Below are positions 28,976 to 50,565 of a stretch of 64,000 bases of DNA, piece by piece. The stretch comes from the human T2T-CHM13v2.0 reference genome, Homo sapiens. The notes beneath the pieces were generated by a model. That model ran no database searches, had not been told where the DNA came from, and was given only the letters and a program-made list of their open reading frames with translations. Both the position numbers and the translations under genes were made by a program. Position 1 is the stretch's first letter, and each line of letters opens with the position of its first letter. The stretch lies in NCBI RefSeq assembly GCF_009914755.1, contig NC_060929.1; one strand, written 5' to 3'.

Positions 28976-29555
28976 TATATACTAATTGTATTCATCCTGG
29001 AGTGTTATGACATGGTGGCATGGGTGTGATCAGTGAGAGAGAAAGGAGTACAGTCTTAGAAACTCAATGTGATTTGACCACCACATGTTGAGAACTACGC
29101 TCCAAACCACTTCTCTGGCAATTAATCCTGTACTCCATGCCTACTATAATGTCTCTTGCAGAGTTTTCTTGTGCTATAAATGCTAAGTGCCATATGATAA
29201 GTGGTGTGATAATAAACGCTTAGGGTTTCAGAGGAGGGCACAATTATTTCTGCAATCATTAAGACAAAAAATTATAAAAGTTGAATTGAAATTTTATAAG
29301 AGAAGACAAACCATTACATATGGAAGGAAAATCACAGGAAAAAGCATAAACTTAGGAAGGTGCAAATATGTGCAGAGAGTGGGAAGTGGACCAGTGTACT
29401 CGAAGCTGAGGTTCCTTCATCTAGGCAACTGTAACTCAGGGCTTGATAGAACCACAGAAATGTTTAAACTAGAAAAGAACTTACTTGAAATTATTCTTTC
29501 AGACCATCCATACTTGAAATTATTCTTTCAGATGACAACCAAGATCTTTTTTTAC

Positions 29556-29683
29556 AATTTTTTGTAGAGGTGGGGTCTTTCTATGTTGCCCAGGCTAGTC
29601 TTGAACCCCTGGCCTTAAGTGATCCTCCTGCCTCGGCCTCTCTAAGTGTTCATATTATAGGCATAAACTACTCTGCCCAGGCA
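29556..29683 (-). mobile_element. FLAM (Alu monomer) within a MIR
   Basis: Single antisense left-arm monomer. Confidence 0.8.
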
Positions 29684-30314
29684 CGATCTTTAGAAGTTAG
29701 GTGATTTGCTTAATGTCACATCGCTAGTTCATGAAGGAATTGACATTAAATCTTCCGCTTTCCATGGTTCTCCTCTGTACTTCCCTTCAACATGAATCAT
29801 TTACATTGTAGACAAGGAGAGAAAAGTCTGAGCTGCTGCTGGGTTCTGGACACATTATTTTTCTTGACCTCAAGTAGCAATTGCCCTTTTCCTTTCATCA
29901 TTCAATTTCACTTCAAATTCTTAACCAGGAACTGAACCAAGAAAGTACTGCAGGCAAATCTGACAAGTAGAAAAAAGAATTAAGAATGGTTGATGCATCA
30001 TACCACTTTTTGCCATTATGTGACTACATCTGACCTTCTTCAAAAATGACCTGGCCAGCTTCTAAATTCTATATTACTACCAGGCTCAGAAAAGGGGAAG
30101 AAACTACACAGTGAATTTTTAACCAACTAAAGTGGGCATGAGGAAAGGGAAGATGTGCTGGCAGACGAGTCTCAGGCTCAGCATTTGTAATAATAAGAAT
30201 TGAAATCTGAAAAGAGTAGTCAGTTTCAGTGCTGCCTAAAAGGCACTGAAGCAGGCTTCCTCTGGCTTTCAATCCACAGCTAGTGATGCCTAGTTTGCAT
30301 CTTGGAATTCAGGA

Positions 30315-31000
30315 CTGGCAATATAGCCTAGTGTTAAGATCACAGCCTTTGGATTTGAATCCAGGTTTTAGCATTTACCAGCTAAGTGATAGGGATAATT
30401 GATTTAACCTCTCCAAGCATAAGTTTACACACATATAAAATGGTGACAGGAATAGTTCTTACCATCCTCATTGGGTTGCAATGAGCATCGAGTACCTTAA
30501 TTTAGGTTTCCCCAAAAGCACAATCTGAGATGAAAATTTGAGTGCAAGTAGTTTATTTGGGAGGTGAGAGTGTGATGATGTGAGACAAGGAGAAAAGCCA
30601 ATAATGGCTCAGTTAACAAGCACATACCCCCTGGGTGAAGAAGAGGCCAAATCCTACCAGGGATTCTTCATCACAGGGCTAGGAAGCTGGGAAGGGTAGT
30701 TATCCTTAACTTCCCATTCCTCGCTGGTTGAGAATTTCTCCTGGGCAAGCGTCCCAGACACTTCTGGCCTCCCCTGAGCACAGGTCAGGTATAGTCCAGA
30801 ACACAGAGAAAGCCCTCTCACAGAAAATCCATGACTTGAAGTAGAAAGCTTTGTTTTTATAGGAACCATCCACTAAGGCTGCAGGTGACTCCTAGATGGG
30901 GCCAAGGGGATATGGATAGGGCATTGACAGCATCTTCTATAGTGAGATAATGTATTTATCATAGTAATGCCTGGAACATAGTAAGCACTCAACAAATGAT
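30315..31000. mobile_element. MIR (+) interrupted by an ERVL-class LTR (~30494-30940, LTR33-like, minus)
   Basis: MIR core ggatttgaatccagg...aaaatgg; LTR end ctgagatgaaaatttgagtgcaagtagtttatttgggagg; MIR tail cctggaacatagtaagcactcaa. Confidence 0.6.
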
Positions 31001-31109
31001 ACAGCTACTTAAAGTACAAAGTGCTTGGCACAAAGATGGCAAAGGGAAGGTCTTCCCAATTAAAAAGAGGAAACACTATCACTAAAGAGATGAGATGAGT
31101 AGAATCAAC

Positions 31110-32325
<1,216 letters not shown>

Positions 32326-32574
32326 TACTTGTCTGGAATATTTCCACTCTTTCACAGAGATTTTATCAGGTTGCCACATGTGGTAATAAGACTTATTAAA
32401 GAATGCTTCCCTGCACAGATGGTATTGTAATTTGGGTATCTCATTGTTGATCTGCCAGTCCTCCAGCTAAGTGGTTATTAAATAAGACCTGTTGTTCTAC
32501 TTTTTCACCCTTGATTGCCTTAAAATCTTTTTTAAGTATTTAGTCTTATTGGTTTTGGTAATGAAGTCTAGAAG

Positions 32575-32710
32575 AGTGGTTCTTAGACACATCAGAATGA
32601 CCTGGAGAGCTTGCTAGAAATAGAGATGTTTGAACCCCAATCCCAAAGATTCAAATTCATTATTTGAGTGGGAAGGAGCCATGCTCTGTATTTTTAATGA
32701 GATTTTGAAG
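32575..32710. mobile_element. MER5A-like MITE
   Basis: agtggttct...catcagaatgacctggagagcttgctagaaa. Confidence 0.55.
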
Positions 32711-34410
32711 AAGAAAGTATCCCCTGTAATAAACACAACTATAGATTGTATAATTTAGAGAAAAGGATGGCATTTTTACAAACAGATACACCTACACCCT
32801 TATGACTTATTTCCTCTAGACAAATACCATGACCTGTTTCAAAAGAGGTTATCAGCACACTTTACAAATAGCTCTTGAAGTTTGGCAGCGTTACAATATT
32901 TTGCCTTGATTGGCTTGCCTAGTAACTTAACATACCTAAAGAAAAATCCACTGTCTTTTTTTTTCCTTCCTCTTGTGAATATAAAGGTAGACTGCATATT
33001 TAACCAAGAAATTGGGAGTATGGTCATCCAACTTTGACTTGTGTGAGCTCACATGTTGCATGTTGCCTTCTTACTAGATGACAAAATCAAATCTTACTCC
33101 AGACCTCGAGTCTGTTCTTACTTTCCACAGCAGGCTCTGTAGTTACCTGAACCCTGACAACAATGGAGGGGGCTGCAGGGTGAGGACAAGTATACACCTT
33201 CCTCCCTTTACCATAAACTATCCAGGGTGTCATGGCAGTCTTTGGCCCAGACTGTTTTCAGAATAAAGGGTTTTATTATTTTACACGGGAATCATAAAGT
33301 GAGCCTCTTTGTTCCTCTGTTTAGTTCATCTCCCCTTTAAACTTGTATATCTACTCTAGAAGACTACTAGAAAGTCTAGATTACTCTAGAAAAGACTTGG
33401 CATCTTGTTTGTCTCATGCTGGATATATTCCACTATGGTACTCTCTAGACCAAGGATGAGAATTAAACTCTATTCTGTTTAATTCCGTTTAAGCTATTAT
33501 AGTCTCCAAAGTGAAAAAAATTGCTTTAAAAGTGGTATCAGAATACTCAGGAATTGAAAAAAAAATAGTTTTCTCTTGACAATACTTGAGCTAATGGTGA
33601 TCTGAAATGTCCAAGGAGAACCTGGGAAAATATTTTTCATGGTCAGATGGAGTCCAGACATCTATGGGAGCTCTTGTCTCTCATGCCGTTATTAGAAATA
33701 AAATCGTTCTATAGAATAGAGTGATTCCATTTTACTTAGTACTGCAAAAACTTATACCCATGCAGAAAGTAAATGATACCTGTGAATTTTCTGAGTTTAC
33801 CTATAAATAAAATGTTTCTGGACTTCCAGATGTAATTTTTATAAGTATAAATGTCAAAGGTTTTTAGATTGGATAGTGTTATAGAAATACATTTTAAATT
33901 TTATAATAAAAGTCAATGATAAATTAATATTTAATAAAATATACTTTTGTAGCCAATTTTGCTATAATAGTGTATTTAACAAAAGCAAGGGACTGTATGT
34001 AGTTTTAGACTATATTTTAGAAAACATTGTTATATAACTGTATATAACATATACCTATTTATTTTATAAAGTTCCCTTTAAAATTTTGTTAGAACTATTA
34101 ATTTCACCATTAATTTAATTTTATTATTTGGTTTTGGCTGTCTAATATCTGGCAATTTCTTCAGTGTAACATCATCTTTCATTAATTTTTTTTCAATTAT
34201 GAGGTTTTTGTGTGTTTTAATTCAAATCCTACTTAATAGAGAATATAACTTGAAAAGAAAGAGCTAAGTGGCCAAGTCTGAATCCTTAATTTGAAAAAGT
34301 GTATTAAGAATTGCTTTCTACAAACAAATGTTTTTATATTCAGGGCCACACGAAAATATTAATGTGAAACTTCATGGAAAAACTTGCTTTACTGAATTTC
34401 TTGAGTTAAA

Positions 34411-34425
34411 CCACTAGATGGCAAT
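34411..34425 (+). promoter_or_regulatory. Candidate CTCF binding site
   Basis: CCACTAGATGGCAAT closely matches the CTCF core CCAC(C/T)AG(A/G)(T/G)GGC(A/G). Confidence 0.55.
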
Positions 34426-34540
34426 AGCTTTGTTTCTTTGTGAATGAACTAGACAAATGGCTCTTAAAGAAAACATTTGTTTTCTTGAAAGCTCTTATCT
34501 CAGCTACCAAATTGCAATTCCTCAATTCTTAAAAAAGAAA

Positions 34541-34659
34541 AGGAGAATGGCGTGAACCCGGGACGCGGAGGTTGCAGTGAGCCAAGATCGCAGCCACTGC
34601 ACTCCAGCCTGGGCGACAGAGCGAGACTCTCTCTCAAAAAAAAAAAAAAAAAAAAAAAA
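34541..34659 (+). mobile_element. 5'-truncated AluY (95 bp plus A24)
   Basis: AluY diagnostic GAATGGCGTGAACCCGGG; TSD AAAAAAGAAA at 34531-34540 and 34654-34663; TT|AAAA site. Confidence 0.9.
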
Positions 34660-36676
34660 GAAAGTCACTGGGTCACCGAGGTGGAAAAAGAATGGCTTCA
34701 CTTTGGAGCCCGCAAACTTCCAAGATTTTAGGCCTGTAAAGATACTTCATACAGGAAGACACAGGTGAACCAGGGCTCATGAATCTGTCTTCATTTCTTT
34801 CCACTAATTTTTTTCCTTTCTCATCTAATTTCACTTTCTCTAAAACTTATTTTTGCTGTTTGTGGATAAAAAAACACAGCCAAGGGTAGAAGGAAGGAAG
34901 GTTTGCAGAGCAGATAACACTTCTGATGGATTTTCTCTACCACAGAAGATTTTACACACTGCATGGAAAAACTATAGTCACTGTACCCAAAATGCATTTT
35001 CTACCTCAGAATTACTACCAAGTTTTTATGGTTCCCATACCATGTGATATATTATATCCAGCTAGCTTTACTCATTTTACTTATCTGCTTTCGTCTTCAA
35101 AGCATTTGAGTTTGCAAACTTTGACCTTTTCACAGTTCGCAAGATGTACTGTGTTCTCTTATTTCCAAATCTAGTCTCTGGAGAAAGTGGGACACATTTC
35201 CAGATTTGAGAATATTGAGTGGCACCACATCCCATTTAGAATAGTGATCCAAGTCAGAGATAATTTATTCAACCTCCCAAACAGGCAACTATGTGTCTTC
35301 CTTGCCCTCACAAAAATCTGCCTAAGGACGTTTTCTAGAAACCCTCTTCCATTTAAAGTCAGTTGAAGGGGAAAGTTCTGAGAAGTAAGAGTGTAATTGG
35401 AGAAGTGGCAAGAATTGAGCAGCAGTAATGGGCAGGCAAACAGTAAGAATATATAGGCTATAGAGAGAATATAGCTATGAGCCAACTGGGAACCACCACA
35501 AACGGTGGGTCCTTTGGGAGTTGGGAATTCTCATGACTTAGGAAAAACTTGAGTATTAAAGAGTATCAATTATCAATTTTATCATTTGTTTACTGACACT
35601 CAAAAAAATTGAGTATCAGTTTCATCATTTGTTATTCTCATCCTCCACTCCAATGCTGTCAGTGCTGAGCTCACTTAAGGGAACCAATAAATATTTGCTA
35701 ATTGGGTTCTCATTCTTATAGTAGGTCAACGATTAATATAACAACTTTAATTTTCTGTCAACTGTTTTATAACTCAGACATTGTACATGTGTGTGTATGT
35801 GTGTGTGTGTCTTAATTTCGTAAAATCAGTGGAGAAGTAAAGGTGTGATTGAATTATTAATGGTAAAATTCCAGAATGGAACTGGGAATATATTATCACC
35901 ACAGCCTGCTTTACTCCTTTACTACCTAAGGATTTCACAAAACTTTGGATAATAGAAAGTGTATTTTCACTGGTCACAGTTTCTGTAAAGATGTATACTA
36001 AAGTCTCTCCCACTATCACTGTCTATTAGGCCACTTGGAGAACCCTGACCTAAACTGAACCAATCAGATTCTTTTTCTTGAGATGCTGAACATGGACATT
36101 GAGCCGACGAGTCAGACAATGCTAAGTACTTGAACTGAAAGCTCAGGGCAAGACCTGACAAAGGACAGCAAATCAAAGCCAAGTCCAAGATAATTTATGG
36201 GGGCAAAGAGATGCCCAGAAGTACAGAGAGAATCAGGGCCGTGCCACTCGGAGAGAGATGAAAGGAAGTATTGAGGTTTTAAAACTTTTTTTTTCATTTT
36301 CCAGGTGGACCAACTATATTTTATTTCTTCGGATGCTTTTGAAGTGACCAGTTTTGTCCTCTTGATAAACTTGTCCTTTATTAGTGCTGATTTGTGTATA
36401 TTTGCTACTTACAATCACGCAATGGATAATCCCTGTCTGCTACCTGCAGCACTGCCAGATGCAGGAAACTTCTTTGGCAGAATGGAGAGACCTCATTTTT
36501 GTGACCTGAGAACATGCTGTGGTCTCTATGGTGATTTTTACAGCTGATTCTCAGTGCTTTGTACCATCATGATGCTGAAGGTTAAATTAAAATGTTGCTA
36601 AAAAAACAGATGAAGTGGAACCTTAGGGTCAAGTTGAGTCTTCCTTGGCATTTCTGATGTAATTCTCTCCACATCA

Positions 36677-37032
<356 letters not shown>

Positions 37033-37547
37033 GTTACAATTTTTGCATTTTTAGCTATAAGAAATAGTATCATTTTAATATTTAAAAACTATCTCATTGT
37101 ATTATCTATTTAATGGTCAGATTTTTTTAAAGCTTCAAATAAGATAACTAGGTCAATGGAAACAATTTACCTCAATATAAATGTGTTTTTCTTTGATTCT
37201 TTCATCAATGATTCAGTTACCTTTTTTCTTTTCACCATTTTGTATTTATTATAAATGAATAAGAATTTAAATTAATTATAGAAGATGCATATATAAGTAT
37301 AAAATATAGTTTTTATTTTTAAAAAATCATCTTTTTTGCCACAATCTTCTACTGGCAAGTAGCTTTATAATCATATCTAATTATATCAACTACATGAACA
37401 ATTATGTTACAGATCATTAAATTTCATTATATTTTGCTATGAACTTAGAGTACAACAATAAGAACAAATAGACTCCTCAACTTCTCTACCTCTAATAACA
37501 AGTTTCCTTTCACATTAGTTTTTATCATCAGTAAATAAATATATAAA

Positions 37548-39270
<1,723 letters not shown>

Positions 39271-39587
39271 TGAGCTGAGGAATATCTGTTAAAACTGGTA
39301 TTTGAGGGAAATTATTCAAATTGTAGTGTTCAGGATTGGAGAGATGGAGAGAGAGGAGTCAGAGAGAGAGAGAGAGAAAGGATATGAAGCATAGTAGGAG
39401 GTTTCTATAGTAATCCATGTGTGAGCTGATAGAATCCTGAAATAGACTGAAGGTAGAGTGATGCAAAGTAACAGACAAGCTTGACAGACATCGGAAAGAT
39501 GATGACATTTTTAATAGGAAAGAGACAGGATAACTGAGCATTCAGCTCTGGATACCTATCAGAAAAGTAGGGAAATCAAGAAAGTTA

Positions 39588-39865
39588 TACTATAGACTGA
39601 ATGTCTGAGTCCCCTCCAAAATTCTTATGTTGAAATCTAACCTCCAGTGTGATGGTATTTAAAGATGAGGCCTTTGCATAGTGATTAGGTAATGAGAGTG
39701 GAGCCCTCATGAGTGGGATTAGTGATTTTCTACAAGGGACACCAGAGAGCTCTTTCTCTCCCTTCGTCATGTGAGGTTACAGTGAGAAGATGGCAGTCTG
39801 TAAACTAGGAAATAAGCTTTCACCAGACACCAAATCTGTTGGCACCTTGATTGGATTTTCCTACC
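39588..39865 (+). mobile_element. MaLR LTR (MLT1A/MST-like), partial
   Basis: ctccaaaattcttatgttgaaatctaa...ggagccctcatgagtgggattagtg. Confidence 0.7.
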
Positions 39866-39887
39866 ACACGATTTCATTGTTGGTTTG

Positions 39888-39968
39888 CCCTCCTCTCCCC
39901 TCCCCTCCCCTCCACTCCCCTCCCCTCCCCTTCCTTCCCCTCGCCTCCCCTTCCTTCTTCTTTCTTCA
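39888..39968. repeat. (CCCCT)n polypyrimidine tract
   Basis: Direct reading. Confidence 0.9.
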
Positions 39969-39989
39969 GATGCTCTTGAAATGACCAGG

Positions 39990-40141
39990 TTTTGTTTTTT
40001 TTTTTCTCACTCTGTTGCCCAGGCTGGAGTGCAATGGTGCCATCTTGGCTCATTGCAACCTCCGCCTCCTGGCTCAAGGGATGCTCCCATGTCAGCCTCC
40101 CAAGTAGTTGGGAGTACAGGCATGTGCCACCACACCTGGCT

Positions 40142-40172
<31 letters not shown>

Positions 40173-40291
40173 GTAGAGGCAGGTTTTCACCATGTTGCCC
40201 AGGCTAGTCTCAAACTCCTGAGCTCAGGTGATCTGCCGGTTTCAGCCTCCCAAAATGCTGGGATTCTAGGTGTGACCCACCATGCCCAGCC
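39990..40291 (-). mobile_element. AluJ-like SINE with expanded central T-tract
   Basis: Antisense dimer. Confidence 0.9.
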
Positions 40292-40294
40292 TCA

Positions 40295-41513
<1,219 letters not shown>

Positions 41514-41904
41514 ACTATCTTTTTTATATGCTCAATTTTCTATGCATTTATCACTACTTCATCATCCAAATATTCTCCAGGTATGTAAATCTCTTCTTAA
41601 TATGGTTAAATAAATATCTTAAGTAGTATTCTAATAGTTTCATCATCTTGAAGAAGTTTCTCCTAGAGCCATTTGATCTGCTCCAGTACAACTGGGCTGG
41701 TTTCTAGATTCCTGTGGTTTGAGAAGCTCTTTCAACATTATATTGGCAATGCCTTTGTCTTGCTTTTGTGTTGAAACCATGTGCCTTAAATCATATTTCT
41801 TCACATTTTAAAGTTTACTCTGTTGTTTCAGTAGAAGGCATTCCAGTATATAAAAGTTTTTGTTCTACCCTCACACTTGACTGATAGTTTGGCTGGGTAT
41901 ATAG

Positions 41905-42237
<333 letters not shown>

Positions 42238-43572
42238 TCAAATTTTTAATAAATAATTCCTCCATTGTCTTCTAGCATCCAGGGTAACTTTTGAGGACTC
42301 TAAAGTCATTCTAATTCTTTATCTTTTAAATAAAGTCTAACTCTACCCCCATTCCTGGCACCCCCCCCCCACAAAAACTGGAAGCTTGTTGAGTCTTTTG
42401 TCTGTATCTAGTGTTCTTAAATTTCATGGCTTGTATCTTGGTGTGTATCCATCTTCATTTTGTAGGCAGTCCTTTCAGTCTAGAAATTCATATTTTGTAC
42501 TCTCATAAATGCTTCTGAATAATTTCACTGATAATATTTTCCCCTTTGTTTTCTCTTTTCTTGCTTTTTAGGATACTTACTATTTGAATCTTGGGCCTCC
42601 TGGACTGATACTCTGATTTATTTATCACCTCCGTCCTATTTTCCATTCCTTGGTTTACTTTCTAGAAAGTTTTTTTCAACCATATTGTCCAAAATATCTA
42701 TAAAGTTTCTACTATCATCTTTTTTAAGAGTTATTTTTTCTTTTTGTTGCTTATTTATACACCATTCTGTTCTTTTATGGATGCCAACTTTTGTCTTACC
42801 TTTGAGGAGATTAATAATATATTTATTAAAGTATTCCTTTCTTTAAAAATTTAAATCTATACAAAAGTAGAATAGTATAATGAGCCCACATGGATCTATC
42901 ATTCAGCTTCAACAATTATCAACTCACAATTTTGTTTTTTCTATACTCCCAATGCTTTCCCAACTCTCCTCCCACTTTGAATAGTTCTGAAGTAAATCCC
43001 AGACCACACATTACATTATTGTTTTTGGTATGGTTGTCTAAAAAATGCATGCTGTATATTTTTATATAACCACAATATCTTTATCTTGCCTTAAAAATTA
43101 ACAAGAATTCCTTTTAATCTTCATCAAAATAATACTCTATTAAAACATCAAATACTAATAACAATGGCAAAAATCAAAAACCAGCAACTCTTTGCCTTAT
43201 TCCTGCCCACCTATAAATCTTACTTTCCAGAGGAAACTAGTTTAGAGTCCTTAAGACATTTTAAGATATTTACTTATCTTGCAATTTATGGTTTATGTTT
43301 TTACAGGTTACGTGTTGATATACTATTGTAATAGATGTAAATTTAGCACTCATCTGACAACGCTTCCTACTATCTTCCCCAGAGTTACATAAAAATTTCT
43401 GGTTATATCAGTGTTTGATATATGCTTTTTTGCTATTTACATTTTTTAAAACTTGTTATTATTGAAAATTTCAAATATATGTAAGAGAATGTAATGTAAT
43501 AAATCCCATGTATCTATCATCCAGTTTAATATTTACAACTGCATAGCTAGTTTGTTTCATCTTTGTTACATC

Positions 43573-43854
43573 TTTTTTTTTTTTTTTTTCCTGAAACAGG
43601 GGACTCACTCTGGAGTGAGTGCTGGATTGCAGTGGCACAATCACAGCTCACTGCAGCCTCAACCTCTAGCCTACTAAGTAGCTAGGACCACGGGTATGTG
43701 TCATTATGCCCAGCTAATTTTTTTTTTTTTTTTTTTTGTAGAGATGAGGTCTTGCTATGTTGCCCAGCTGGTGTTGAACTCCTGGGCTCAAACTATCCTC
43801 CAGCTTTGGCCTCCCAAAGTGCTGGGATTACAGGCATGAGCCACGGAGCCAGCC
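43573..43854 (-). mobile_element. AluJ with internal deletion
   Basis: Antisense Alu; TSD tgtta(c/t)a. Confidence 0.85.
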
Positions 43855-44818
43855 TGTTATACCCACATTTTGTAGCAAATCTGAGAGAGATATCCTTTCA
43901 TTTGTAAACAATTTAATATGTATCTCCAAAATAACTTTTTTTCAAAACTGTAATGGTTTAACCATGACTAAAAAAAACACACAAAAAAATACATTTGTGA
44001 TAGTCTCAAATGATCAAGTCAGCATTTGCATTTCTCCACGTTTTATTTTTTCTTTTTCCTCTGCCTCCTCCTCTTCTTCTTTTGTTGTTATACTGGTTTG
44101 TTTGAATCAGGATCTAAATACTATCCAAACCTGCAAATTTTGCATTCCATTTAAATGTTTTTTAAGCCTTTAAAACTACATGGGTTCCTTTTTCCTCTGT
44201 CCTTCTTGTCCTCTAGTTTATTTGTTGAAGAAACCATTATGTTTATCTTACAGTTTTCCACATTATGAACTTTGCTGATTACATTTTGATGATGCCATTT
44301 AACATGTTACTCTATGCTTTATGTTTTCTATAAACTGGCATTTAAGTGTCTAGACAATCTAGGTATTAACCTTTTGTGGCATAAGCTGAAAATAATCTTT
44401 TCCAGTTTGTTACTTATATTTTTGCTTTGTTTATGGTCTTTTTGTCATGCAAAATTAAAAAATATTTTTAATGTATGCAAGTGTATTAATTTCTTATTTT
44501 ATTGCTAGTATTTGGAATAAGATCAGAAAAATTTTTCATATCCACAAGTTATACAGGAGTTTGCTTCTGTTTTTTTTTTGAAACATATATGGTTTTATTA
44601 TTTTACATTTAAATCTCTTGAGAAGAATGAATCTGATTTTATCTTTTTCCATTTCACTGCTATCCCAAGAGCACGTACTGAAAAATTTATGTTTTCCTTT
44701 GCTAATTTAAAGTACTACCTTTATTGTACACTAATCAATATAATAATTGTATCTATTTATAAATTTTTACATTTTGTTTGATCAATTCTGTTCATGCGAC
44801 AATACCATAATGTTTTAA

Positions 44819-45503
<685 letters not shown>

Positions 45504-46207
45504 ATTTTTCTGGCTATTTTTGCTTGTTTGTTTTTCCTAATGATCTTTATCATTAACTTGTTAAGGTCTAGAAAAAAAAAAGGTAGCAATTTTATGGTAT
45601 CATATTAAATTCATAAAGTGACTTAAAAGATTGATATCTTTATAATACAGAATTATCCTTGTCTAAAACTATGAAGAGTACAAAATTTTGCCCTACTTAC
45701 AAGTTAACTAGTAAGCCTACCACAGTTTATGGATGCTGGTCGAAAACAAGAAATGTCTGGGTCGGAGACAAAGGATTTCATTACAGCAGTTAGTAGCTAG
45801 GGTATTAGAATGTTCTTGCACTGGTTTCCTGAATTCCAATGGCCACAAGGTGATGTGAAGAGGGCAAGGTGACACTGGCACATGTAGGGAGTTGCTAAAA
45901 AGGAAAAAATATATATATATAAGCTTAGGAAACCCAGTGTTTTTATATTGGACGTTAAGAAAATACACCCTTTGCTCTGGAGGGAGACACCATCTCTATT
46001 TTTGAAAACTATTCACTATACAGCCATCTTTGAAAATATGAATTTTTTTCCATTCTTATTTTAGAGACAGAGTCACACTATGTTGCCCAGACTGACCTTG
46101 AATTCCTGGGCTAAAGGGATCCTCCTCCCCTCAACCTCCTAAGTAGCTGGGACTTCAAGTGCTTACCACCATGCCTAGCTAAAAAAGTGATTAAAAAAAT
46201 TTTTTTA

Positions 46208-46511
<304 letters not shown>

Positions 46512-46795
46512 TTTTTTTTTGAGATAGGGTCTCATTCTGTCACCCAAGCTGGAGTGCAGTGGTGTAATCACAGCTCACTGAAGCCTCAACCTCCCCCACC
46601 CTAGATGATTCTCCCACCTCAGCCTCCCAAGTAGCTGGCACTGCAGGCATGTGCCACCACACCCAGCTAATTTTTTTGTAGAGATGGGGTTTCACCATGT
46701 GCCCAGGTTGGTCTCAAACTTCAGAGCTCAAGCAATCCACCTACCTTGACCTCCCAAAGTGCTAGGATTACAGGCATGAGCCACAATGCCCAGCC
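46512..46795 (-). mobile_element. AluJ
   Basis: Antisense dimer; a further partial antisense Alu lies at ~46057-46182. Confidence 0.9.
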
Positions 46796-46799
46796 ATAA

Positions 46800-48770
<1,971 letters not shown>

Positions 48771-48998
48771 ATATGGAACAAAAGTAGTCAGTGCTTGTTT
48801 GCAAGATGCACAGAAATGTGAGAGACCCCATGGAGAATTGTTTCTCAATATTCCTATCCAAATATTAATACATAGTATTTGTTGTTTTTCTTAACATAGT
48901 TTTCTGTAAATAATGTTGAACATTTTTTATTTGTGCCTAGGTATTTGAAAAATTATTATAAGTATATGCTTTATTATATATTATAAATAATATTTTTG

Positions 48999-49319
<321 letters not shown>

Positions 49320-49724
49320 TCATTGTATGTATAAATGAACTCTCGATTTTTAACGTTAATTCGATATCTCGTTACTTTATTCTCATAATGCCTTTAGTGT
49401 TGGTTTTCCACTTATTTACATTTTTTTTCCATAGGATGTTTGCTTTTGGCATAGACACTTAAACTTATCAGTAGAAGACTTTAGAGTTTCTGTGGTAGGA
49501 GTGGGCAAGAAAGGGAGTCTCAACTGTGAGCTGCCTTATAGGGTAATCTCACTGGGCCCTTTCCTTGGGGACTCCAGATTCAATATCATGAAGTTCTTGA
49601 GTCAAATTTCTGCAAAATGACTCTTTCAACCTTCTGCTGGGAGGGTGTGATCCTACCTACATGCATTCTTTCAACTATGTCAGAAGAGTCTGGGAATGGT
49701 GGGTCTTTGCTTTTGTATACAGAC

Positions 49725-50035
<311 letters not shown>

Positions 50036-50267
50036 TAACCTTTGCCAAATTTCTCTTTTTTCAATATAGGGCCCGAGTCTTAATATTAAGTTTAGTCTCC
50101 TCAAAATAAGAATCCACTGTTTTACCCTTCTAACTAAAAATTATCTAGCCTGGAGCAGATCTCAGTTTTGTGGGCCCTGAAGCGTATGGGATTTGAGGGC
50201 TTTGAGAGAATGAATACAAAAATAACTTACTTTTGCAAATTAAAAAAAAAAAAAAAAAAAAAAAGAC

Positions 50268-50565
50268 TTACCAGGCATAGTGGCTCCTGACTATAATCCC
50301 AGCAATTTGGGAGGCCAAGGCAGGCAGACTGCTTGAGCTCAGGATTTCGAGACCAGCCTGGGCAACATAGTGAAACCCCATCTCTACTAAAAATACAAAA
50401 ACTAGCTGGGTGTGGTGGTGCATGCCTGTAGTCCCAGCTACTTGGGAGGCTGCAGCGGGAGTATCACCTGAGTCCTGGAGGTTGAGGCTGAAGTGAGCTG
50501 TGATCAATCCATGCACTACAGCCTGGGTGACAGAGTGAGACCCTGTTTTAAAAAAAAAAAAAAAA
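50268..50565 (+). mobile_element. AluJ
   Basis: Sense dimer; (A)nGAC on both sides as TSD. Confidence 0.9.

Noticed and set aside
33351-33400. Cluster of TCTAGA palindromes
   Set aside because: Short degenerate micro-duplication with no long stem or recognisable element
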